DNA of 64,000 nucleotides from Naegleria gruberi (Eukaryota): NCBI GenBank assembly GCA_000004985.1, contig GG738858.1; one strand, 5' to 3'. Shown piece by piece: positions 55,074 to 64,000 of this stretch (position 1 is its first letter; each line of letters starts with the position of its first letter). The notes under the pieces were generated by a model. It saw only the letters and a program-made list of their open reading frames with translations, ran no database searches and was not told where the DNA came from. The position numbers and the translations under genes were made by a program.

Positions 55074-55420
55074 TTTTTTTGATGTAAATTAAAAACTGAG
55101 AGAGAACTTGAAGTGAATAGGGAACTAGCTATTTGTCCAAGTATTAAGTATGAATTTAAATTGGTAACAGTGTTACAATTGTTGATTTTCCATTAATTTC
55201 CAAATTATAAGGCAATTTTTGTACAGATTTTATTTTCCTAACTTGGAATGATCCAAAATTTAATCTAACCATGGAGACTTCCGAATCAGAATGTATGATT
55301 GTAAACAACATTACATCTGTTATTTATGTTAGTCAACCTGATAATCAGCATTAAAAAAATGGGGCGAGATGAGGAGCATGAATCGTGCTATGGATCCACA
55401 ACCTGATCACATTAAAAAAA

Positions 55421-57266
55421 ATGGACAAACACACAACACGAACACAACTTTCACAAAAAGAAGAAGAAACAAATAATTATAAATTTCCGAATGACATTAT
55501 TTATGAAATTATGTCCTTCCTTGATGATTTTAAATTTATTGTCATGAATTGTGCATTAGTGTCCAAACAGTGGTTCAATGTTATTTTATCAACATGTAAT
55601 CATCTTAATTTAAATTGTAAACGTGGTGTTGAAATGGGTGGCCAGTTTTTACAGAATATTGCAATTCTTGATGTTTGTGCCACGAATGATACTTGCAAAA
55701 AATTAATCTCGATGAAATCATTAACTGAACTAATAATTAAATGTGATGATGAAGGATCAGCTAAATTCATAAGCGAATTGAAACAATTAACGAGGCTTAC
55801 TATTGATGCCAGTCATATTCGTGATGAGGGAGTTAGATATATTAGTGAATTGAAACAATTGGCCTACCTTAGTGTTCATAGCAATGATATTTCTGATGAT
55901 GGAGTTAAATATCTAAGAGAATTGAAACAATTGACCACTCTTATTATTTTTAGCAATCGTGTTGGTAGTGAAGGATGTAAATGTATTAGTGAATTGAAAC
56001 AATTGACCTCTCTTTGTATTGATGATAATCATATTAATGATGAAGGAGCAAAGTATTTAAGTGAATTAGCACAATTAACATATCTTGATATTTCAAGCAA
56101 TGGGCTTGGTAATGAAGGAACTAAATACATTAGCACATTGAATCAATTGGAAAAACTTAATATTTCCCAAAATTATATTGGTGATGAAGGACTCGAATAT
56201 TTTGGTAAATTGTCACAATTGACAAGTCTTGAACTTTCATAGCAATGATATTGCTGATGATGGAGTTAAATATCTAAGAGAATTGAAACAATTGACCACT
56301 CTTATTATTTTTAGCAATCGTGTTGGTAGTGAAGGATGTAAATGTATTAGTGAATTGAAACAATTGACCTCTCTTTGTATTGATGATAATCATATTAATG
56401 ATGAAGGAGCAAAGTATTTAAGTGAATTAGCACAATTAACATATCTTGATATTTCAAGCAATGGGCTTGGTAATGAAGGAACTAAATACATTAGCACATT
56501 GAATCAATTGGAAAAACTTAATATTTCCCAAAATTATATTGGTGATGAAGGACTCGAATATTTTGGTAAATTGTCACAATTGACAAGTCTTGAACTTTCT
56601 AACAATAAGATTGGTACTGAAGGAGCTAAATATTTAAGTGAATTGAAACAATTAACCCAACTTGATATTGAATATAATAAGATTGGTGATAAGGGGGCAA
56701 TGTATTTTGGAGAATTGAAACAATTGGTCAATCTAATAATTAATAACAATAGGATTGGTAATGATGGAGTTAAATATATTGGTGAATTAAAACAATTAAT
56801 CTATCTTGATATTTCTGAGAATCGCATTGGCAATGAAGGAATTAAATATATTGGTGAATTGAAACAATTAACCGATGTTAATATTTCTGAGAATCGCATT
56901 GGTAATGAAGGAGCTAAATATATTGGTCAATTATCACAATTGACAAGTCTTTATTTATCTAACAATAATATTGGTAATGAAGGAGCTAAATATATAAGTG
57001 AATTGAAGGAATTGATCTATCTTTATATGAATAACAATAAGATTCGTAATGAGGGAGCTAAATACATAAGTGAAATGAAACAAGTAACCCAACTTGATAT
57101 TGGCAACAATTATATTGGCGAAGAAGGAATAAAATACATAAGTGAAATGAAACAATTAATACATCTTGAAAAATACCAATATAATGAAGAAATGTACAAT
57201 GAAAATGAAGAGGAGTATAATGAAAATGAAGAAGAATACACTGACAATGAGGAGGAGGAGTACTAA
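55421..57266 (+). pseudogene. F-box-like / RNI-type LRR protein, paralogue B. The reading frame is broken by a 361-bp tandem duplication: it is truncated by TAG at 56240 and resumes in another frame. Either a recently disrupted gene or an assembly artefact
   Basis: The N-terminus MDKHTT..FPNDIIYEIMSFLDDFKFIVMNCALVSKQWFNV is about 85% identical to paralogue A. The track start at 55385 is GTG; the first ATG is at 55421. ORF 55385-56242 and ORF 56229-57266 encode the same 120-aa block twice, in frames that differ by +1. Confidence 0.5.
55877..56598 (+). repeat. near-perfect direct tandem duplication, 2 x 361 bp (copy 1 about 55877-56237, copy 2 about 56238-56598), covering five 24-aa LRR units
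   Basis: Two identical stretches begin catagcaatgatatt[t/g]ctgatgatggagttaaatatctaagag at 55877 and 56238. Only one difference was seen, T55892 versus G56253. 361 is not a multiple of 3. Confidence 0.8.
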
Positions 57267-57457
57267 GACTCAATAAACCTTATAATCATTCCAATAAAAC
57301 TTTATTCATTTCTTGGAATAAATAAAGAGAGAATATAAATTTGAGCCATTTTTCAAAAACAATAATAAGGCATCTTGGCAACAATCAACTTTATTGGTCG
57401 AGTTGATGCTTACTAAATAAATTTAAATAAATTTAAATTTTCAAAAAAAATTAAAGA

Positions 57458-58958
57458 ATGAAAGGTAGGAATGAAAAACAATCGGATCATGGAGGAAATA
57501 TTGGTGGCTCTCTGGGAAGTGACTCTGATGAAGATGTTCCATTTCTAAAACATTTAAAGCCAAAGGCAATAACGAAATCTTCATCCATGCATCGGAAAAA
57601 CAAGTATTTGACAAAGCCTCCTAATTTTGCACAATTAGCAACAAAATATCCCTTCTTTGCACAATAGTACGTTTAAAACTAAGTTTAACTTTTTAAATAA
57701 TTATTTAATTAAATATTAATTATTTAATTATTAAAGTGTTGATTCGGAGGGAAAAGTTGATTGGTCCAATGCTGAATCAATGGTAAATTTAACTAAAGTT
57801 CTATTAAAAGATGATTATCAACTTGAATGGAATTTACCTCTCAATCATTTATGTCCTCCAGTTACGAATCGAGTTAATTATATTCATTGGATTAATGATT
57901 TATTAGAAATTGGAGGAAATACTCAATTGGATTCTCAGAAAATTGTTGGAATTGATGTTGGAACAGGTGCCAGTTGCATTTATCCATTGTTGGGATTGAG
58001 AATTTATGGATGGAAATTTATTGCAAGTGATATTTGTGAGGAAAGTTTGGAATTTGCAAAGAAAAATGTGGAAATGAATGAATTTCAGAATGATATTTGT
58101 CTTGTTAAGGTTGATAAAGAATCGGGAGATATTTTGAAAAGCTTGATTCCATCCCTAAAGGAAAAATATGGAAATTCAAATGTGGAATGGGTGAATTCAT
58201 TTGATTCTGTTCACTTTACAATGTGTAATCCTCCATTCTTTGATGTGGATGAAGAGATTAAGAGAAATCCTAATAATGATTGTCGAGGAAATGAAAATGA
58301 AATGATTACTGAAGGTGGAGAGGAAACATTTGTCAAGAATATGATGAACGATAGTTTTTACTTGATCAAGAAGAAGGAAACTTTTGAAATATTCAAGAAT
58401 TGTTGGTTCACTTCAATGCTTGGTAAAAAGAAAACTCTACAATCATTGAAAGAATACGTCAACCAACTCAATGAAACAATCAAGCTCTATGAGGATCAAT
58501 CTATTCAAAATATGCAATTGACCTTTCACATAACTGAATTTATTCAAGGACAAACTACTAGATGGGGTTTTGCTTGGAAATTCGAAACTCCAAAACAAAT
58601 CCAAGCCAAACTCAGCCAGAGCCAAAAGGTCAGCTCAATAGCTGTCCAGAAGGACATGTTCCAAAACATTCACAAAGGTTACAACCATGCAGGTCTATTA
58701 TTGACCTCCCTCCATAATTGTCTCAAGAAACATTCGAATCTAATTTCCATCTCAAAAGTTGATACTTTCAAAGCAATGATTCGAGGATTTCTTGCCAAAG
58801 ATAAGAAACAAGAATTTGAAATTACCATCATGCAAACTCAACCCAAAAAGTTTACAGTCAAAACAAGTTACAAGGGAGAATCCAGTGTTGAGGAATCGTT
58901 GGCTTTTTCCCAAATGTATGAAATTTTGAGTAGAGAAATATTTAGCAAATGTGTTTAA
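57458..58958 (+). CDS. mettl16: METTL16-type RNA N6-adenosine methyltransferase (U6 snRNA m6A methyltransferase). Exon 1 57458-57666, intron 57667-57736 (70 nt, GTACGT...TTAAAG), exon 2 57737-58958
   Basis: Exon 1 MHRKNKYLTKPPNFAQLATKYPFFAQ matches human MHARNRYKDKPPDFAYLASKYPDFKQ. Exon 2 has RVNYIHWINDLL, GIDVGTGASCIYPLLG, CNPPFF and TRWGFAWKF, all METTL16 signatures. The protein may instead start at the internal Met (MHRKNKY). Confidence 0.85.
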
Positions 58959-59361
58959 TGTTATCCTTACTAACACTGAACACTTGCATTTCAAAATCAT
59001 CCTCTTTTCAATCTTTATTATTTGGGTTCATGGAGAATGATTAATTTATTTGTAATTTATTTGGAATGCTCAAGATTTGTGGATTAGTAGGAGGAAAAAG
59101 CTTCAACTACCTTGAAAATTAGTTCATCAAAACTTTAAATTGTACATGGAAAAAGTTGAAAATAATCCAATTTCCACAATTGATCAAAATCCAATAACAT
59201 AAATTAGGAAATTCAATTTATTTGAAATTCAAAAGATTTTTCAAAAAATCCAAAAATTAAAAAATCCATTACCAAAAAACGATTATAATCTTTTTTGCCT
59301 GATTGCAATAATTCTCTTCAAATCATCATCAAACAATTATTATAAATCTAACTACAAAAAA

Positions 59362-59769
59362 ATGACACGGAGCTCATCACTGTCATCACTCTTGACATTT
59401 GTCGTTTTATTCTTGTTGGTGATAGGAATTGTCAATATTGCGGAAGGAAAAACAAGAAGAAATCATAAACCTTTCGATAAGACTAATTTTCTTTCACGTG
59501 TTTATAGAAATGTCGAACGAAGTGGATTGTTGGATGTGATTTCGGATAGACAATTGGACGAAACTAGAATTACATTAAAGAAGAAGGATTGGGGAAGTGA
59601 TATTAGAAAGTTGACATTGTTAACGAGGCATGTCATGAAATTAAAGAAGGAAAATAGTGATGAATATCAAAATTTATTGGAATCTTTACGAAATTCCAAA
59701 GTTCTTGCTCAATCTATTCGAATTCTTGAAAAGGTTATTAATCAATTGGAAAAAGCTAATTCTAACTAA
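59362..59769 (+). CDS. small secreted protein candidate (signal peptide plus 110 aa, K/E-rich), no family recognised
   Basis: The ATG at 59362 follows an A-run. The N-terminal LSSLLTFVVLFLLVIGIVNIAEG looks like a signal peptide. Confidence 0.45.
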   Translation: MTRSSSLSSLLTFVVLFLLVIGIVNIAEGKTRRNHKPFDKTNFLSRVYRNVERSGLLDVISDRQLDETRITLKKKDWGSDIRKLTLLTRHVMKLKKENSDEYQNLLESLRNSKVLAQSIRILEKVINQLEKANSN

Positions 59770-60367
59770 ACTTTATAAATTCTTCAATTTTCATTTTACG
59801 AAACTGTAAATATATTGTAAAATATTATTCGAAAGTTGACAGAAACAATTCACACCAACTATAGCATCTTACAAATCGAGTAGTCCAATAAAAATTATGA
59901 TAGATTGACTAGTATCATACTATTTAATTAAATTTCTAAAAATAATACTATAGTAACTAATAAGGCACTATTTAGTTTTAGCATTCGAAACAACAATTAG
60001 AATGGAACACAACATTCTGATGAACTTTAATAGATGTAGAAAGAAGATAGATTCGTTCTGATTCCCACTCCAAAATTGAGCACAACAACGAAAAAATCAA
60101 GTTTCGTATAATAATTAGGCAACATTCGAAACCATTTACATTTCACCATTAACCTTCACGCAATTCCTTTCAAGTTTAAACTTTTCCTGATCGTTTAATC
60201 TCGTCTTACAGATTTCACAAAAAACTTTTCACACACTTAAATATTTCCTAATTTGAAAGAAAATTGCTCAACCATCAAATTGTCTAATAATTGACATTTC
60301 GAGTTAGATGGCATCTCTTTAGTGAGTTTCGAATAGCTGGTTCTGAAATTTAAAAAAAAGAAATCGA

Positions 60368-61093
60368 ATGGCCAGTGAGCACTATTCGAATGGTAGCAAC
60401 TCGTCCTCTTCACCAAGAAGTAATGAAGAGTTTCGTCTAGTTTCTCCAACAGACAGTTCCAGTGCGTGGACTATTGAAGGACGAAATGAACAAGTTTCTC
60501 CGAATCTTGTTGGTAACAAGATTAAAAAACCTCGTCGTTTGAGAAAGCAAATTAACAATGATCACTTTAAACAATTTTACTTTGAGTTGAAAGTAAACGA
60601 ATCGAATAGGAAAAAAGAAGGTAATTGTCAAGGAATGAATAGTCAACATGTAGATTCTACTGCAGCTTCTGATAAAAGTGGTTCTTCTTCATCTGTTTCG
60701 TCTGGTAAATTGAAACGAAAGGAATCTTATGAAATTCTACAATTCGAAACTGCGCAGGAGAAGGATGAAGAAACTTTATATCAAGAAAGAATCAAGAATG
60801 AAATTAAAGCAAATTCTCATCACTTTTGTCTTCCCTCTAATAAGAAAAAGAAGACAAATGCCAAACATCAACAAGACATCAATCAATCTGTAAATAATCA
60901 AGAAGAAGAAATACTTCAACCATGTAATAATATTCCTGTAATCTATCAACCACCAATCAATCCAATTGTATTCAATGAGCCTAATGTTAATCCTGTCCAA
61001 TTTACTGAACCTGTCACTAATCAAATAAGCATTGATAATGCTGAACTATTGAGTTTAATTCTACAGCTACTCACCAATAATAATAATAAATGA
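60368..61093 (+). CDS. novel S-rich protein with basic KKPRRLRKQINN..FKQFYFEL motif (family member 1)
   Basis: 241 aa with an ATG at 60368. It is a paralogue of the ORF at 62085-62765 and has the same architecture: Ser-rich N-terminus, basic NLS-like motif, FYFEL, then (Y/F)E...FET...HSSHF.L.SKK.KK. Confidence 0.5.
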   Translation: MASEHYSNGSNSSSSPRSNEEFRLVSPTDSSSAWTIEGRNEQVSPNLVGNKIKKPRRLRKQINNDHFKQFYFELKVNESNRKKEGNCQGMNSQHVDSTAASDKSGSSSSVSSGKLKRKESYEILQFETAQEKDEETLYQERIKNEIKANSHHFCLPSNKKKKTNAKHQQDINQSVNNQEEEILQPCNNIPVIYQPPINPIVFNEPNVNPVQFTEPVTNQISIDNAELLSLILQLLTNNNNK

Positions 61094-62084
61094 TGGACTA
61101 TTCAATAGATTGTTCACGACCTTTTATTTTAGGTAACAACAGCTAAAATAAATAAAAACCCATAAAAGTTTCCAATAATCATTTAACAAGAAAGAAATGA
61201 CATTATTTTAAGTTATATTAATTTCTAAAATCTGAATGTAAAGAGAGGGTAAGGTGAAAGTCCTCAAATTCTCCTCAAACATCCTCCTTGCTATTTGACG
61301 AAACCTTATTCGAAACCTATTCCTTCATTCACTGCAACTTTTAGGTTCATCAAATGTACAGTTAAACTACAGTCTGAATAACTATTACTCTTATCATCAA
61401 CAAAGGAGAAATGGATAACACCTTGGATTAAAAATTGCCAATTTCGAACAAGGACCGGGCAAAATATTTTCAGTTAACTAGCAAAACGAAGATTAAATGG
61501 GACAAATACTTGGATTAGTGCAAAATCAATGATAATGGCAAATTTAATGTCCATTTCGCCTTTTCTTTAAGAATGTGCTTTCCTTTCAACAGCTGTCACA
61601 TTTGAAGAAACTGTCAACTGCCTCCTTAATTTCTCAAACAGCAAAACAACAAAAACATGCAAACAAACAATACACGCACACATGATGTTATACATTGTGA
61701 ACCACCAACCGTAACTCATTCCAAACACAATGCACCTACCCTAAATTGGCAAACCATCGAATCATGGACTTGTTCAAATTGGCATCATTTGCTAGATCAA
61801 TAATTGGTATCAATATTCAAATATTCAAAAAGACAATTGTTAAAATGAATGGTTCCGAGAATGTCAATACTCAAATGCCAAATTAAATCCTATCAAGACT
61901 TGAAGGCCTCTTTGTGACAATCTTTCTTGAATTGTTAATGTTTTTCCAACGATAATTCTGCATGTTGCTTGAATCGCACCAAGGTCGTAACAAGCCGTAA
62001 AACAAATCTTTTTTGGCTCGTTAGAATATTCTTGTGGGAAACTGAACGAAACGTTTTGGAAGAAACAAAGAAAAAAAAGGGTCC

Positions 62085-62765
62085 ATGTCACCTCCCAGAG
62101 AAACTCCACAACAACAACTTCACAACAATGATTCTTCTGTTAGAGCATCATCACCAAACTCTTCCAGTAGTTCTGACACATCTGCCACAAATCAAAACAT
62201 CATTAAGAAACCAAAACGTTTACGAAAACAATTAAATAATCGAGAATTTAAAAAGTTTTACTTTGAATTAGTGCCAAATAATTCGAATTCTGGTGAGGAA
62301 CCAAGTTTTTCCATTCCACAAGATTCGTATCAGGTTAAAAAATTCGAAACTTCACATTCGAATGGTGATGAGGAAATAAGGAATGCTATCAAAGCACATT
62401 CTTCACATTTCTATTTACATTCAAAGAAAACAAAGAAAAATTCACCTTCTTCTTCATCTGGTTCTGGGGCTGTCACATGTAAAGAGCCATCACAACATAC
62501 ATGTCAAATAATTCAAAATGACAATCAACAAGTACATGCCACAACTTCTACATCATGTACTTCAATACAACAACAACAAAATCAACATGTTTCTTTATTG
62601 GATTCTTTGGTTGTCAAGAGACAGAGTTTACAGAACTCGCATGTCAATGATACATATATGGACTCTGAATTAATGTTAAATCTTGATTATGATGATATTA
62701 TAGACCAATTATGTAATGTTAATTCACCATATTATCAGACCTTTAAACATTTCAATGTCAAATGA
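62085..62765 (+). CDS. novel S-rich protein with KKPKRLRKQLNN..FKKFYFEL motif (family member 2, tandem paralogue)
   Basis: 226 aa with an ATG at 62085 behind an A-run. Conserved blocks shared with 60368-61093. Confidence 0.5.
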   Translation: MSPPRETPQQQLHNNDSSVRASSPNSSSSSDTSATNQNIIKKPKRLRKQLNNREFKKFYFELVPNNSNSGEEPSFSIPQDSYQVKKFETSHSNGDEEIRNAIKAHSSHFYLHSKKTKKNSPSSSSGSGAVTCKEPSQHTCQIIQNDNQQVHATTSTSCTSIQQQQNQHVSLLDSLVVKRQSLQNSHVNDTYMDSELMLNLDYDDIIDQLCNVNSPYYQTFKHFNVK

Positions 62766-62803
62766 TTGCTGACATGAATATTGTTGACATGAGTTCAGTA
62801 ACT

Positions 62804-64000
62804 TTATTTAGATATTTGTTCCAAATGGTTAATGATACAATCTCTGGTTAATTTACCCATCAACCTTCCTTTCCAAACTACAAAAACCTCATTAAGAGAA
62901 AGTTGTGAAAATAACATGTGAGATTGTTGGATTGGTTGACCTTCTGAAATTGTAAATTCACAACTTTCGTATTCAATTTCAATGATTTCTTCATCCATTT
63001 CTTCTAGTGGAATGTCAGAAAGTTGAGAGGCAGAAAGAGGGAGTTCACCATTTTTTGCTTGCTTTCGATTTAATTTCATTTCTAATAAAATTTCAATATT
63101 CGAAAGAGAAACTTGACCCAATAATAATAAATTATTCAAATTTTCAACCATTGGAATCTTATCTTTGGGACTGTAATTTGCCAATTGACATTCTTTTACA
63201 ACTTTTTGTAAATCTTTCAATTTCATTTTAGTTTCCAAAATTGGTAATCCCTGATCCAAATTAATCATCAAATTTGAAGCTTTCAAATCAACAGAATCAG
63301 ATACGTTCTCCAATAAAGCTTTCCAATTCTTTGCTCTAATTACAATATCATAAACACTACTTGTGAAAGCTCTGGAAACTTGCACTGAAATGAGAGCAAC
63401 CATTAGACAAGGTAAATGAACAGCAACTCCAATCATTTCTAGAAAGATAAATACTGTTGAGAAGGTATGTGTTGTGGATGATGTGAGTGAGACTATTCCA
63501 ATAACTGCATAGGCGCCAGGTTTGATGAGTTGACCTGCCACAAATCCATTTGGAAAAATGACAGCAACTATTTCACCAAAGAATCGACCAAATCCTGCTC
63601 CTATTAATATAATGGGAATGTAGAGACCTCCAGGTAGTTGAAGAGATAGAGTGAAAAGTGTCAAACAAAATTTGACAACTAGGTAAATTGACAAGCTCAC
63701 AAACACATCATTTGGAGAATTGATAATCCATCCCTGATCTGTAGATAGAGAATTAGGTGATAATAATGCTTCCAATGTTTCACTCACTGATAATGACATG
63801 TATTTCCCAATCAAATTTGGAAATGTCAAAATGCCAGTAATTATACAAATGAATAATGTCCACAATGCTTGATTATTAAACAAGGCAGTAGCTCTATACT
63901 GTTCCAACTTTTCACTTTTGAAAAATAGAAAGTTTTTTCCATAGTTTAATCTCAATCTCATAACTAAACTTGTTAAATATAAGAAACAAACTCCAACTAA
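62804..64000 (-). CDS. ClC-family chloride channel/transporter, C-terminal part (TM region plus CBS-domain tail). The N-terminal part lies beyond the window end
   Basis: LPGGLYIPIILIGAGFGRFFGE matches the ClC G.F.P / FGR signature helix. The CBS-like C-terminus has VVWKGRLMGKLTRDCIINHL. The reading frame stays open upstream of the track's M at 63961, through to position 64000. Confidence 0.75.
   Translation of the reverse strand, partial: LVGVCFLYLTSLVMRLRLNYGKNFLFFKSEKLEQYRATALFNNQALWTLFICIITGILTFPNLIGKYMSLSVSETLEALLSPNSLSTDQGWIINSPNDVFVSLSIYLVVKFCLTLFTLSLQLPGGLYIPIILIGAGFGRFFGEIVAVIFPNGFVAGQLIKPGAYAVIGIVSLTSSTTHTFSTVFIFLEMIGVAVHLPCLMVALISVQVSRAFTSSVYDIVIRAKNWKALLENVSDSVDLKASNLMINLDQGLPILETKMKLKDLQKVVKECQLANYSPKDKIPMVENLNNLLLLGQVSLSNIEILLEMKLNRKQAKNGELPLSASQLSDIPLEEMDEEIIEIEYESCEFTISEGQPIQQSHMLFSQLSLNEVFVVWKGRLMGKLTRDCIINHLEQISK

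Noticed and set aside
1-64000. Prokaryote-style features: operons, CRISPR arrays, defence islands, sigma-70 promoters, rho-independent terminators
   Set aside because: The window is clearly eukaryotic, with spliceosomal introns, adaptin, SCYL1 and METTL16. No CRISPR-like spaced repeats were seen. The only tandem repeats are coding (the LRR block and the acidic tail).
1-64000. tRNA, rRNA and snRNA genes
   Set aside because: I scanned by eye for T-loop-like GGTTCGA(A/T)TC boxes, 5S motifs and the U6 core. I saw no convincing candidate, although a computational scan with tRNAscan or Infernal is needed to be sure.

Overview
This window is AT-rich (roughly one-third GC by eye, not computed), gene-dense eukaryotic nuclear DNA, not prokaryotic. 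It uses the standard genetic code: TAA, TAG and TGA all terminate long ORFs. Start codons usually sit behind an A-run (aaaaaATG). Several proteins have N/Q/S-rich low-complexity tracts. Many genes are single long ORFs, but about ten carry very short spliceosomal introns of roughly 39-106 nt, with GTAAGT/GTATGT/GTAAGA donors and (T/A)AG acceptors. Splicing these out joins fragments in the supplied ORF track into complete conserved proteins. Several 'M' residues in the ORF track are TTG/GTG codons, not ATG, so I moved those starts to the first ATG. I support about 32 protein-coding genes. Those with recognisable orthologues are a NUDT7/8-like Nudix CoA pyrophosphatase (partial at the left edge), an ADF/cofilin, a SHAQKYF-class Myb factor, a PH+GRAM protein, an EamA/DMT transporter, the multi-RRM protein MRD1/RBM19, AP-4 epsilon adaptin, an MKP-type dual-specificity phosphatase, a SCYL1-like pseudokinase with 5 exons, a P4-type phospholipid flippase with 9 exons, METTL16 and a ClC chloride channel (partial at the right edge). 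There are also two dispersed F-box-like/RNI-type LRR paralogues with acidic EEEYNENEEE tails, a huge F-box+ankyrin protein and a tandem pair from a novel S-rich family. The most striking gene encodes a double beta-trefoil (ricin-B-type) lectin fused to an aerolysin-like beta-pore-forming module, a bacterial/fungal-type toxin architecture. I found no rRNA, tRNA, CRISPR or obvious transposon, and no operon-like 'system' in the prokaryotic sense. The lineage is probably a free-living amoeboid protist: the intron-poor compact genes with tiny introns, a possible BBS-type chaperonin and a Dpy-30 protein lean towards a Naegleria-like heterolobosean, but a dictyostelid-like amoebozoan is not excluded. 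I found an off-by-one inconsistency between the ORF track and the printed sequence around positions 590-642, so exon and intron coordinates should be treated as +/-1-2 nt.
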